A DNA stretch of 63,779 nucleotides, counting the filler, from Choristocarpus tenellus KU-1152 (lineage: Eukaryota > Protista > Phaeophyceae): the NCBI GenBank assembly GCA_964200185.2. It is 10 parts of 10 records of this genome, joined end to end, with 100 filler letters (N's around TTAATTAATTAA, not from the genome) between each part and the next. Parts side by side here need not be neighbours in the genome. Positions count along the whole stretch, not along the records: positions 22,988 to 45,101 come from CAXNAD020000300.1; 9 more parts are not named here. The stretch is one strand, 5' to 3'. Positions 24,977-38,036 of this stretch are shown here, piece by piece. The stretch's first letter is position 1. Every line of letters starts with the position of its first letter. Made by a program: the position numbers and the translations under genes. The notes under the pieces are model-generated. The model saw only the letters and a list, made by a program, of their open reading frames with translations, did no database searches and had not been told where the DNA came from.

Positions 24977-25121
24977 GGCTCAAAGTATCTGGAGGGGGGG
25001 AGGTCTACACCAGGGTGTCCATTCAGGTCCTGACCAGGAGAAGTGCACTTACAATATCCATCTGATGGAAAAGTGGGCCCCGAATGGACAGCTGCCACCC
25101 CCCCCCCAGATACTTTGAGCC
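24977..25121. mobile_element. MITE subfamily A, complete copy (TIR GGCTCAAAGTATCTGG-poly G; AAT target duplication)
   Basis: Perfect 16-bp terminal inverted repeat; AAT on both flanks. Confidence 0.85.
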
Positions 25122-25379
25122 AATTACCGGAAGTTAAGAAACTAGTTGGTTATATTTCCAGCTCTGACCTCCCCTGAAACCTATTTTTCTGAAAATAAAA
25201 TATTTATAGTTCGGGTTAGGACGATCGATTTTCTACAGAGTTCAGACCCTTAGGTACCAACATCCCCCCCACCAATCGTAAAAAGTTACAGCTTTGACTA
25301 ACTAGGAAGTTCGCTTTTTGATTATGTATGTTGCGTCTTCACAATGGTGGGAGAGGCCAGGCTCTCTATTTGATGAAAG

Positions 25380-26200
25380 ATACAGATAAATTTATTATAA
25401 AATATAATAATAGCTCTAGGTACAGCCATGAAAGAAAATAATGTACTTCAAAGTACAGAGACAGGAAGTGCCTCCCTCACAACTCCAGAACTAACAACAG
25501 AACACGGCATTTTGCAAATAATCCATGAATTTGTTTCTTTGTTCACTGGAGCTCTAGAGAAAAATTTAGCGCAGTTGCCATGACCTAGGGGAAGGACCTG
25601 TTTGCCACAGACATGACCTCAAACCATACTATACCTGTTCAGTAGTACTTCCAAAGTACGTATTACCTACTTCCCCTAAACCTCTTACATACCCTCGCTG
25701 ACTCTCCATCAGCGCTAGGAACAGGTTGGGACTCAGAATTAAGAAAAGGTGTGACAAGAGTGAACAGGAGGGCAATTTGTTTTCTTCCGAGATAACAAAT
25801 GAAACAAAATGTTTGAATAGTTTTTAATAATTCTAGTGCCGAGTATATTTTGAGATATTTGTACAATCTAATTCTCCATACAGGCTCCTTTGTTTCTATT
25901 CAAAGGTTTGGGGAGGTATGGCGAAATTGATAGTGATGCCTACCCAACAGCTTTTTTGTTTAAGGTGTGTATGCCTTGTTTAAGGCCGTTCTTTGAGTGA
26001 AAAAAATAGAAAAAACATGTCCTCCAACTATCCGTCTAACCTAGTATATCTGCCATTCCCTCTATCTCAAGCGGTCCTGGTCAACGGTTATGGAAGGTAT
26101 ATCAAGTTCGGATGTGCTTGTCAACACCTTGTACACGATAAGCCCAGTAGTGGATAAGCTAAGAATGGTCCAAGGTATCTCCCGTTTTGGTTGTCTATGC
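25380..26200 (-). mobile_element. Possible hAT-like transposase C-terminal remnant
   Basis: Decayed coding-like segment with W....FP....AL spacing reminiscent of the hAT dimerisation domain. Weak. Confidence 0.25.
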
Positions 26201-26207
26201 TCCCAAA

Positions 26208-26466
26208 GAGTGAAAGTATCTTAGAGGGTACGAGTTTTGCCCTGTTTGTTCATTTAAACCTTGACTTCCCATGGTGTATTTTATGACATTTTCCGACTCC
26301 AAAAAGTTTCGCAGTAGGTAAAATGTGTAAGTCCTGAAAAGGTGTGTCCGGAACATTGATTTTGACACTTCCTAACAAACATGATATCCAAAATTACATC
26401 AAAATCGCAACATTGACGTTGGGCCCCCAAGTGGACGCGGCTCTACCCTCTGAGATACTTTGGCTC
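26208..26466. mobile_element. MITE subfamily B (~257 bp; TIR GAG..AAAGTATCT.AGAGGGTA)
   Basis: Inverted termini; homologous along its length to 56491-56746. Partial copies at 22988-23045 and 45041-45101. Confidence 0.8.
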
Positions 26467-26477
26467 ATAATCGAGAC

Positions 26478-26575
26478 CAGAATTCAGTGAGAAGAAGTCT
26501 GGCTTTGATAGGGTTCAAACCCGCCAAATTGATGTAGGGAGCAACCTCCTGAACCACACTGAGTCACGAGAGGGC
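26478..26575 (-). mobile_element. tRNA-derived SINE-like element, copy 1
   Basis: Minus strand carries A-box-like TGACTCAGTGTGG and B-box-like GGTTTGAACC, then ccagact. No intact cloverleaf; related copy at 51863. Confidence 0.55.
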
Positions 26576-26899
26576 ACTCATTCTGGGTGGGATGGAGGGT
26601 TGTACAAGTTACTGTTTTTGTGCGTGCTTGAAGACACACAAATAGTGGGACCCCTTTTTAAATTCCCTGTTCACTGCTTCATAGAATTAATTATTGATAC
26701 AAATATGTTTAGTCTTCACAGTAGGTTGAGGGATCCCTAACCCATGGTCGAAAGACAGTCCAAAGAACGCAATACGCACTGCTTGGGGAATACAATGAGT
26801 CCATAGAAGAAAAAAGAGAAGTGAGAAAGAACCCAATGTATCTATACGTGTAACAAAGAGAACCCAAGTGTAAAGCACTAACACCAAAAACGTTGATGA

Positions 26900-27440
26900 G
26901 TCAAACCAGATTCGTTGAGTCGAAGAAAGCACCACTCATCATGTGTGTCATACGATGGAAATGGTTGTGGCACATCCACCAGTTATTCTCCTGTCAACCT
27001 ATTGCTTCCATTTTCCATCTGCAAGCTCCCCAAAACATCAATGCATTCGAAAGTCGCTCATCCCCCTTGTGTGGTTCTAATCCTTTGCATAGGAGTCTCT
27101 GTTTTCGCACAGTCGCCTCAATACTCTCACATCTAGTCTTGACGAGGGCATCTTCTTTGTAGTTACACTGCATGATGGGTGCATTCCCTTTGGCGAAATC
27201 CAACTCAACGTGGAAGGAACTCGTGGAGGTGGGAGTGAAGCGTTATGTAGTGGACCTGGCGGAGTGTCCATATCATTCAATCATATAACAGAACCCTAAG
27301 TTTTTCAGTCTTGACCATTCGGATCTTTATTATGCTCAAGTGATATACCTGAGATTCTGTCATAGAGCACATGGTAGTATGGATGGAAACAACTCCAAGC
27401 TTTCTGGATCCTTCGACTGATCTCGGTAGTAATGCTACCT
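26900..27440 (-). mobile_element. RTE-clade LINE remnant (post-RT region)
   Basis: GSITTEISRRIQKAWSCF; YKEDALVKTRCESIEATVRKQRLL..DERLSNALMF. Confidence 0.8.
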
Positions 27441-27809
27441 AGGACATGCGAACCTCTAAAAACAAGCATCCAGAAGAATATAAAACGCAAAAAAAACAGG
27501 TCCATGTAATACAATAAAATGTATGGGAACCTATCTAAAGCTTCCCCACAACTTTTTTTTATTAATCGGACAGACTAAAGAGGTACCTATTAGCCTAACT
27601 TTTACGTGAGGAAAACCTAACCATAACCTATCCCTAATGCTAACCAATATTTCAAGGACCATTGTTATTCACAAAATAGTAGTTTCTTGTCGTCAATCCT
27701 ACAACACCTCTTCTTAATCATTAGTTGGTATTTGACAGATGTTGTTGTACATTTGGTTTTCCCTGACTCATCTACAAAATGTCAGAGGGCAGAATAATAT
27801 CATACAAAA

Positions 27810-29620
27810 TGTCCTGTGACGGACAGGTCCCTTTGGGAGCTAATCTCATTCCTGATACACATCCACGCGCTCACACAAGTGCATTGCGCGCACATTTCTT
27901 TGTCATTGGTGGCATTCCCACCAACATCAAGCGCAGAGAACTCTTGAGAATTCTCAGACCTCTTACCGTTGACGATCACCAAGATGTGACGGCATCTGGT
28001 GGATCTGGGATTCTCTTCAACTTCTCCTAAGATTTGATGGCTGAGAGAGCTTTGGGTTTGCTGGAAGCACCCCACCATGACACAACTGGTGATTCTGAAC
28101 ACCCCCGACGACTGATTGGACCCTGCCTCACGACAGTCCCCTTAAACTGATAATTAAAATTCTTCGATCACGACAAAGAAGAAAAATGACCGTACTAAGG
28201 GAAGGAAGGTGGTATATGATTTGCCAATTTACTTGGTTGTAGGCAAAGGTGTGAATCGTTGGTCGTTGCGTTTAAAAAAACGAAAGGCTAACGGTAGTAT
28301 GGTAAATGACAAACAGATCCTAAACGACGATGGTTCCCTCCTCCTTACTCGTATCGTGAACAACATTGAGCAAATATAGGAAGTGTGGGAAGGCGGAAGC
28401 TTCCCCCAGGAGCCAACCCGGACGATCCAACATTATACGAGGATCGAGGTCGTTGACTATACTGCCAGCAGTTACAATTTGTACACCCTGAAAAGCATGG
28501 GTACCTGGAGTGGTGGGGGTGTGAGTAGACTAACAGGTTTCGTCAACATAAAACCTTGATTCTGCGTACTTCTAAATCCTGGAACCTCTGGAGTAGTGTT
28601 CCTGGGTACAGGAGTCGTACTTCTTTCCTCCTTACTGCAACAGGATTAGAAGATGACAATGACACCCCTTCCCATCAACCAATACCAGAGGCCTCATCGG
28701 CTTCAAGGGGGGAATTGCCCCCATCTTTGCCGCATAAAGATCAGTCATGAAAATGCATAGACAGAAGGAAGGTGAGGTGAGGACGAGTAGAATAATGATT
28801 GCCTCCAAGGACTTTAAACGAGGTGTGCTATGGCTTGGATCTTATTTACTGCAGAATGACCTCAGAGCGATCCGCAACCCTCCTATTTCTCTCACATACT
28901 CCTCCATCCTTTTCATACACCTTCCCTTCCCACCGTCTCTGAGAGCGAGTTGACAAGCCCCCTGGAGCGACTTCCAGGTTTTTCGTTGCACAAGGACTTA
29001 TGTGCCAACCTGGCGCTTAGCACCTTATTACACAAGCGATTATCCAGTCAGTCCCGCAAAAAGTGCAAATGTATCCCAAGCAAGGCCAAGGAGCACCCTA
29101 GAGATGCGGGGAAAGTTTTGAGATGGTGTTACCTAGATGCAATCTCGTTTACGTTCATACCATACATTTTTATCCATGACTCTCCGGTGTATAGATGGTT
29201 TCAAAATACTCTCACGTGCAAGAAGGGTCGCGGAAGTGCCATACTTGGGACTGCTGTTGTTGACTACTTCAATACCATGCATACCACTCCCTGGAATATA
29301 TTCATGCTGGTGCCGGTCAATGGGCTCTTTAGTATTATGATAATCTGAGTATAAGGGAGCCTGGACAGACCCCGTGAATCTCCCCAATTATGCACTAGAT
29401 ACACCACAATTCAAAGTAGTCAATCTCTTCCGAAAATGACTGCACATATTTTCCTTCGAAAATGCTCTTCTAAGCACACATGCACACCTCAGAGATCTTC
29501 AAAATATTATCAGCTACCAGGCCAACGATGAATAGCACTTAGGGTGTAACTGTCGACATTATTCACTGATCTCCTGGTCGCCAGAAGATGAGCACCCCTT
29601 GAAGATTTTCTCCGTGGCCC
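27810..29620 (+). mobile_element. Possible decayed LINE 5' region (ORF1 and endonuclease relics)
   Basis: Stop-riddled coding-like sequence; KGRGSAIL resembles the GxGVAIL motif of APE endonucleases. Weak. Confidence 0.3.
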
Positions 29621-30559
29621 TCAATAGAATCAGACATGACCAAACTCTTGAATGAATGGAGTTACACCATAAACATAGCAATAGTCACAAGTACTGGCCA
29701 CCTATGTAATGCTCTGCAATGGATGTTGGCTACTTCTACTTGGTCAATTCATCGCCCGTCAGTTCCCAAGCTAACCCAGTCAAACATGCATGGGCATTCG
29801 AAATGTGAAGTGAAACCCTGCCTGCTTGTTCTCTCTAGGAAGATATTTTTTCCTCCGGTGGGAGTGAGCGAGAAGTCAGATTTATTGTGCTTGTGAAAGA
29901 GGGAGACCATTACCAAATTAGCATCATGGACACATTACTGCTGCTTCACCAGTGGTGTCATCTAAGGTTTGGCACAGCACTCTTATAACCCTCACCGTAG
30001 CTTTTTTGATTATTTAAACGGACTATAGAGGTGCTTCCTAGGGTTAGGGTTAGGGTTAGGGTTGGGCACCTCGATGACTTCTCAAGGTGTTGGCGTTTCG
30101 GAAGCTCACCGCAGGAAGACAGAAGCAAGGTGGACAGGAGGAGAAAGGTTGATGGATTCGCCTCCAAGACGACATTGAGAATTTCGATATTGAGGTTAAG
30201 GGTTGGGTATTAGGATCTCTGACCAAAAGAATGGTACGATTGCAATGATTGCCAGCAAAACAGGCTTCATAGCAGAGTGCATTCCAAGGAAGCAGTGATA
30301 GCTAATCGTACGCCACGTTAAAGCAGCGGGTTGAAGTCAATCAAACCACCAACACCACCACCACCACTTTTGTTTTTTATGCTTTCTCCCTGCCTTCTCT
30401 TTTTCATTGTTTTGCATCATTCACTGTTTTCCTTCTCTTTGGTAGCTTCCCCTTCTAATGTGATTGTGTGTTTTTTTCACATTCGAGTTCTCTTCTCTTC
30501 TCTTCACGTCATTTTCCCTTTCACTGTGTTGTTTTTCTTTTATGGTCCTTGATAATTTC

Positions 30560-30900
30560 TCGAATAATGTGTAATGCCTTCTTTCGACTACCTTTTCGAC
30601 GGGAGACATTAAAACTCCCCTTGCCAAAGTATCTCTCACCACACTATGCCTGCGTGCATTTTTATCTTGATGCTATCTCACCCAGTCTTAACAACAGCAT
30701 CGTTTATGTATCACAGGACAAGATCGGTACATTCCCCTTTGTGGAACCCAATGCAACAGAGGATATACCGTATTGTGTTTGCTTCCTTCTCCATGGTGAT
30801 AACATCTATCTGGACAATGTTTTCCAGAATCATTGGATCGCGCAAGAAATCATGTGCTCACCAATTCAATCAATCAAAATGTACATTATTATGCCCACTG
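30560..30900 (-). mobile_element. RTE-clade LINE remnant
   Basis: ILCCIGFHKGECTDLVL*Y.DAVVKTG*DSI covers the same region as the 26900-27440 element. Confidence 0.6.
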
Positions 30901-31870
30901 ACACTTTGCAGATGATGTTGTCATGAAGGACCAAGAAGAAACATCCCATAAGAATACCACCACATACACGACAACACGATATGGTTTTGTTTTAATCCAA
31001 ATAGGAAACTGGGATGCGTCAACCATCTCTTGTTACTTCTGTTAAAATAAACAATAGTACGTGTATCGTTGCGCGGGAGATGGCGCGTTTGCGCGGGTGA
31101 GTGTTCACGTACGTCTCATCACTGCTACTGTAGCCAGGAGCTCACACCACCAAGACTAAATAGGACATCAGAGCAGTGGTGCACCGACTCTTGGCAAGGA
31201 GGTCTCATCGTTGAGAGCTTCTCAAAGCGGCGTGGAAAATATTGATATAGGCTCTGAAATAATCAGTGTGCTAGGCACGGAACGCTCTGTGCGACAAAGT
31301 CTTAAGTTCAAGGTATCTGAGCGGTGTGGAAGGACGGAAGGGGTGAGGGGTGGAGCATGTCCCCATCCGCCTCCACCCTTACAGTGGCAACTCTGTTGGG
31401 ATGTTACCTGCAATGTTCAGGATTTTCGTGGAGTCCAACGCTGTCGAGGCATGTTCAGGTACACAATAACGATCATGTATACACCATCTCTCCTTGAACA
31501 AACAGCATCAAGTCCCAATCACTCTCTGACCTACGATTGGATATTTGCTTTACAGGTTCGTGCAAATCGGTGGCCTGAATCATTAACGTAGATATACCCT
31601 CGCTATGTAAAAGCGAGCTCTAGACTCACACCTGTCAGAAATAAAATTCAGGTTAAACATTCACAGGAGGACAAGGTCGAAGCAAGGCCTTTGTCTTTTT
31701 CTGAAGGTGACACTCGAGTCTCTTTGTGACAGCAGCATATATCATCCGAAGAGGCCCATTTTCCTTTGAAAATGATGGAGTCACCAAACATCTCCCGCAA
31801 CTGTACCCTACTTACCAACGTATCCTGTTACACGGCCTTTTACACGTACTTAGACCTTGCATCATCACAG

Positions 31871-32639
31871 AGGAATCACAAGAGCGTGTTTTCTCGAGTC
31901 TGTTCAACCGAGCCTTGCCCAGGGGAGACAGCAACGGCCAAGATGCGTTACCTTGCGTTCAATGGTAGACCCAGACTCTATTTTCGACGATGAAGGGGAA
32001 GGCGATGCTGATGATGTCACGAGTAAGGTCGTTCCTCAGGTAAGTGATGGCGCCAACATAGAAGAGTCGTTCTTGGAGCCGCTCTCGGAGGGGGAAAAAG
32101 TCAAAAAGTTGGCGTTACGGAGGAAGTTGCTGCGACAAAAGAAGGCAGCGATACTGGCAAAACGGAAGAAGCTTTTGCTGCGGAAGAAAATGATGGCCGC
32201 GAAGGCCAAGGGGCTGAGAGTGAAGTCTAGGGGTAGTGCAAAGGAGGGGTCCTCTTCTATGGCAGACCCAGACTCAATCCTCGGCAACAAGGGAGATGAG
32301 AGCGAAGAGCCACTCTCGGAGGAGGAAGCAGCCGAGAAGCTAGCGACACGAAAGAAGCTGTCACTCCGGAAAAGGTTGGCAATGCGAGAAAAGCTGATAC
32401 AACGGACGAAGGCTATTGCAGAAAACGAAGAAGGGACTGAGGCTGCGGAGGACATCCGTATTAGGCGAACATTGGCCTTCATGAAAGAGAAGAAGAAGGT
32501 CTTGACCGAATTGAGGAAGCAAAAAGAGAAAAGGGCCTTGCCAGGGCTGACAAATGACCCCTTGTTCGACAGGAAACTGATGGCTCCAACACCATGGGAT
32601 GAAGTGACGATACTGCCCGAGGGATGCCGGGCTCATCTT
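31871..32639 (+). CDS. Large exon of an uncharacterised protein with duplicated acidic plus K/R-rich helical module, possibly organelle-targeted
   Basis: 256-codon open frame with coding-like composition, cacag acceptor and GTGAGT donor at 32640. The true start is not identified. Confidence 0.8.
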
Positions 32640-33169
32640 GTGAGTACAATGCTGACCTCATACTTGCCTCTCAAATATTTAGTTTGATCTATTTTATACT
32701 GTGAGAAGCTCCCCCCTGTCCAGATTTGTTATAACCCAAGCCTCTGTGAACATTTTGTTTTGTGTCTGTTAACCTGTAATTTTACATCAGCTCTTGCTGC
32801 TGGTAGTTGTTAGTTAGATAGGATTTGACTGTGTACAGAAAGAATTATCTGGGTTACCTTTTTCCTGAGCCAGTGGCGGGTTTTTTGCTGTTTAGAAGAT
32901 TTGCTTGAGAGAATGTGACCTACACACTGAGGGGCTGTTGTATTGATTTGCATCTATAACCCGGAACAGGTGGCTTTTTTTCATGGATATCCCAAACAAC
33001 TCTTGTTTTCTTGAAACATGATTGTCAACAGTGAAAATCAGAATGTGGTGTTGGTTTATTTGAAAGGTCTTACTACATGCTAAATCCCCCCCTGGTCCTC
33101 TTCTTTGGTCTGATTGATTGATGTCTTGACTGGGTTGTACTGGTCAGTTTCTGTTTCATGATGGCACAG

Positions 33170-33237
33170 AGGACTTCAAGGAAAAGGCACGATGGATCAT
33201 TGGACCTGCGTCTGAACGATATGGCGACCGCCTTCAT
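33170..33237 (+). CDS. Next exon of the same gene (RTSRKRHDGSLDLRLNDMATAF)
   Basis: cacag acceptor, GTGAGC donor; phase 0 in and phase 2 out fit both neighbours. Confidence 0.65.
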
Positions 33238-34518
33238 GTGAGCTTGTCATGGGTAGAGGTAATCTGTTCTCATCACCAGTTTCTGAGAGAATCATGAAGG
33301 GAAGTAGAATAGGAGAATCAATCCCAAGCAGTAGCTTGCAATGCATTTTCTTTCTCATTCAGTTTTTGATCTTTCCTATCTATTTTTTTCTTATTTTAGA
33401 TCCCCTTGTACCGCTTGATTCTCAGCCACCTATAGTTCAGTTAGTGATCCTGCAGCTTGTCTCAAGAACAGTTGAAAGATCAATAAAACAGCATTACATA
33501 GATGACACCCTCAAGAAAACATTGGCCTTGTTATGTCAAGTCCTGGTTGCATCCCGCCCCTCTGTGCTGTTTTACTTGTCAGTCATTACTTTGAAAATTG
33601 CATCTATTTTTGTTTTGTTTTTTTTCCTGGCAAGTCTGTCCCGTAGCTTTTTTTAGTAAAATTTAGAACACCAGATAGACTTGTGTGTGTATGGGGAGGA
33701 GGCTAGCTTATTGAAGCGGCAGGGTCTGCACTGCTGATGCTGTAACGTCTTTACTAATAGAGGAAATGTTTTGCTCAACAAGCACCAGATGTTGTTGGTA
33801 TCAGGTGGACCCTAATTGCCGCTTGGTACATCAACGGACATTTGCCCCCTCCCACACAAATTTTCTAGTAGGTACTAAAGCATACGCCATTTTGGCATAC
33901 GCATTTGGTCAGGGGTTCTGAAACCCGAGTGCCTGGAGCCCTGTATAGAGGGATGAGGTGATTCCAACTGTCACAGTGGAACCTTGCACCCATTGCAGAT
34001 TGAATGGGCCCACCAATTGACCGTTATTATTTTTTGGACTTGAAGTATAGGAGACAGCAGTGTGTAAGCCACTGTAACAGCTACTGCAACAAGAGCAGGT
34101 TTTGCGTCAGAAACGATATATTTGAAAAAAAAATAGGCAAGGTATACCAAGGCAAATTCATCCCTTTTGATCCCTTTCACTAGATACCCCCACTGTTTAG
34201 TCCCTTCTCAATGCTTATCCGTAAGGGTTAGGGCTGGTTTGGGTCGTCATCCACGTCCCCTAAAACCTGATTGAGATCCATAATGATTCCATGGACCTGC
34301 CACGGGCGTGTTACAGTGATGATGTAGATACCTGCGCTCTCACCTACTTTGTACTCTTGAAGTATGATTATATGCACACGTGGCAATCTCCTAAATTGGT
34401 AGTGTGCTCAAGCATTGCCAAGCGCAAAGCATTGCCGTTGGCAGAAGACTGTGCTGTTGCTCCAAGTGTTCCATGATAATGCTCTTTGTGTCAGCTCTGT
34501 ATGTCACATCTCACCTGA

Positions 34519-34590
34519 ACACTTCTCAGTGTTTTTGTCCCCTTTCAAACACTTCTCAGTGTTCTTGTTCCCTTTCAAACACTACTCAGA
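34519..34590 (+). repeat. 30-bp tandem repeat, about 2.4 copies
   Basis: aacacttctcagtgttyttgtyccctttca repeated. Confidence 0.85.
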
Positions 34591-35887
34591 ACTGTCGATA
34601 TTTCTACCAATCAAATGCTTTGCTTGGATTGGTGTGTGATGGCAGCAGTCCAAAAAACCAGGTGGCTTTTGCCAATAAAAACATTTGTGTCGGTTCACCA
34701 AGGCATCCATCCTGTTCATTGTGTGTTTGTAGGTGTTATTGCTGAATTCCGCATAATCAGTGGTGCTAAAGTACACCGAGATAAGAGCCAGAGTTCCCAC
34801 AGGTGTACTCTACATGTTCACATGTAGAATGTACGCGAACTTTTGTGTGTGTTGGGCAGTCCATTGGTTGGCAGGGACATACGGAGGGAGTATAGGAGTG
34901 ATTGTCTTGTTTAACAATGCAGTGGAGCTGCACTTCACAAATTGCTCGCATTGAAAGGTCCTATCTGGCCTTATTTTCCATGAGGAATCCGATTATGTGA
35001 CCTCCCACACTCACTGTCCCTAACAAGGAAGTTGTTGTCGCCATGTGCCCTTAACATGTCACTTGATAGGTTTTTTACCAGTAATCCACTGTATCCATAA
35101 GACTTATTCATATCGGTGTTAAGATCCAGTATGCTGTCACTTGATTCGCTGTTCCAATTTCCACGGCGCAGTAGTCAGCCCCACCTTGAGCTACATGAAA
35201 GGGGAAGCTTTCTTGGTGGTTAAGGTTTGGACTAAGTTGTTTTTAGTCAATGAGGGCACGGTTGATCATCCGATGCATGGTTACCCCAATACCCTCGCCC
35301 ATAAGGGCAGAATATTGTAGTAACCTAGATCCTGCTTTCTACATGCCACTGTACTATTCGGCCAATGGCTTTGTCCATGCTTCCATGCCCCATGGATCTT
35401 GCCAATCATGGTGTGGATCTACTGTTAATATGACTTCAGAGTGCTACAAGCAATTTCCTATTACCTTTTTCACCTTAGAGTGGTGGATATTTTGGCACAA
35501 GAGCAGGTGTAATCGTTACTGTTCAAAATGTTTGTTTTTAGATTGCCGTACCGTAATGTGTTCCATGACATTTATTGAGGACATCTTCTCAAGCACTAAC
35601 GGGGTAAAGAGTTGGCAGGTCCTGTTTGTGTAGAACAAGTACTATTAGAACCCAAGAAACAGTATTGCACGATTGGACTAGAGTAGTTTCTTTTGAAGGT
35701 CGACCGATGCAGCTGACTGATGATGGTATCCTCCTCACCCTTTGCCTTTCCCAAATTGTATACCCTCCTGTTACCAACCATCCCATTAGATCCTAGAGTG
35801 GGAGAACAAGCCTGAGGCAGTGGACATGGACAGACCTGTGTTTGAGGTGTGGATGGAGGGGATTGATTCGATCTCTTTCTTTTCCAG

Positions 35888-35969
35888 GCGTGAGTTTGAG
35901 AGGGATCTCACAGCAGAGGATGCCACCAGCATTGTGGATGAACTAGGAATTCATGTTGCCGATGACAGA
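35888..35969 (+). CDS. Further exon of the same gene (REFERDLTAEDATSIVDELGIHVADDR)
   Basis: Strong tctctttcttttccag acceptor, phase 2 compatible; donor position uncertain. Confidence 0.55.
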
Positions 35970-36559
35970 GTATTGTTTTTCGATACCTACCATGAGTTGA
36001 CCTTGTAGGCCAGCCAGCTTTGGTATCCTTACGCAGGTGAACTATTAATAATCATAGAGCTCCATACCCCGCTCCAATTTCTGAAAGGGTTGCTTCAGAA
36101 ATGCACGTGAACTATGGCCTTGACCCCTCCATGAGACCCTCCTCTTCTTGGCTTGGGAGTGGGGCGAGAGGGATGTGTGACTGGCAGAAATGTAGTCACA
36201 GAGAGGATGGAAAAGGTTAGGACATCAGCCTATCCACTCTCTAGGTCCGGTAAACGAATTGCCGCTGGAGGAATGTTTTTTGTGTGTGTGAGTGAGGGTA
36301 TATCCCCCATGTACGTACCCTGATTGAAGGCCTCAGAAATGCAATCCTGGTATCTCCTTTTTGTTCAGGAGCCGTGGTGTGTTGTGTGGCTATCTTGTGG
36401 AGAGTTATTGTTACCTGTCAGTAGAAGGAAGGAAGTGCTTCCTCTATGTGCAAATTGGGTCGCCCCCTGGGCACCAATATTTGTGGTGCTGAATGCAATG
36501 CATCTGCCCAACTTTTAGAATAAGTACAACTCATTATTTTCCGTGTACATCCTGAGTCA

Positions 36560-36842
36560 TGGCATTCCAGGCACTGCGCAGGTTGCATGATATGGGTATA
36601 CATAGCTGGGTACTCAGGCCTGGTGGTGCACACAGCCAGGGACAAACAAGAGTGCTCAGGTGTTATCCCTGGTTGGTGTTGCCTTCTCTCCTGCTATTCC
36701 CCGAGCTAAGGCATACAAGGACAAGGTGTCATCAGAGAGCATTCTGTCTGACTGTGCTCAAGAGTGCCCGCAGTGCCCTGTGTGCCTTAAGTATGTTAGA
36801 ATGGCCTTTCAACTGAGGACCCATAGGATGCTTGATACTTAA
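36560..36842 (+). mobile_element. LINE (RTE-like) extreme C-terminal remnant with C2H-type finger
   Basis: LHDMGIHSW followed by CPVCLKYVRMAFQLRTH*. Confidence 0.45.
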
Positions 36843-37844
36843 ATATATAGATATTCGGGTATAGCTAAGGACAACCTTGAGTACTTTGATGTAAGGTAGC
36901 TGTTATCTAGTCTATTTTTGTTGGTTCAGAAAATTTGGGTTGCCCTGCAAGTATAGAATTTTGTGAAGACTACGATTCATTCTATTGGGAGAGGATGTGA
37001 ATGCCTCATATGGCTTCATATTATTGAAGCTTCCTACATATAGTGCATCATTTACTTCAGCCTGCCGTAGATTTTGTATCTGCTTCTGCTTCTGCTTCAG
37101 ACGGAGCTCTATCTATGTGTGCTCTAGTCACTCTCAGAGTATTAAACTGGGTAGTATTGTACCCCAGAACTCACCTTTTTATTGGGGTTTCTGTTGTGTG
37201 TGTGTTTGTGTGTGTATGTCAGACATGTTTTGAAAGTTCATATATGAGCAATCAGAAAGAGATGCTGAGGTGATACCCTGCTAAAGCAACAATCAATGCA
37301 CACCTGTTGCAATCACATCCAAGGAAAAAAAAAATTTACTTTATTCCATCCCTAGCACCAGATGCGACTCAAGTAGTAGTTTATGTCATTGTGTATGGTG
37401 TTGATATAGACTATGATTTATTGTATACTTTGATGTTTTTCAAAATGCAAAACAAACCCCCAAATCAACATAAACATGAGACTCCTCAAAAACATAATTA
37501 TTTTACTGAAGGGAACATTTTGTAGGACTTCTGATCCTAACAATATTTTACATTGTGCATGCCCCTACGTATGTGCCCTAGTAATCTTAGTTCATGAGCA
37601 AGGTACGTGCAGAATTGGAAAGTTTTAAACAAGTAGGTCCTGCCATGCCCCGAAAGCATATATGTATTGCAAACTCAGGGGAAAATGATGCTATGAAATA
37701 CCTGATGCGCTATAGAACCGTCTTAGACAGCTCTTTCCATGTTGAAACACGGTCCTTGATTGAGCACCCCTCAGGATGAGATTTAATATATATGGTTGAA
37801 GTACTTTCTCCCGTCCCTGCCTCTTTCAATAACTGTATGGGTGT

Positions 37845-38036
37845 GGCTCAAAGTATCTAGGAGGAGTGGCGGCTGTCCATTTGCAGCCAATTTTTTTCAT
37901 GTCGCGATTTTTGGGTGATTTGGTTCCATGCGTTGGATGGATAATGAAAGTGCACTTTTCCTGATTTTGGACCAAATGGACACTCTGTTGTAGACCCCCC
38001 CCCAAAAAAAAAATATATATATATATACTTTGGGTC
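37845..38036. mobile_element. MITE subfamily A, complete copy
   Basis: Same termini; internal sequence aligns with 39659-39832. Confidence 0.8.

Noticed and set aside
32036-32482. 148-aa minus-strand ORF, and the minus-strand ORFs over 42146-42634
   Set aside because: Antisense shadows of real plus-strand coding exons.
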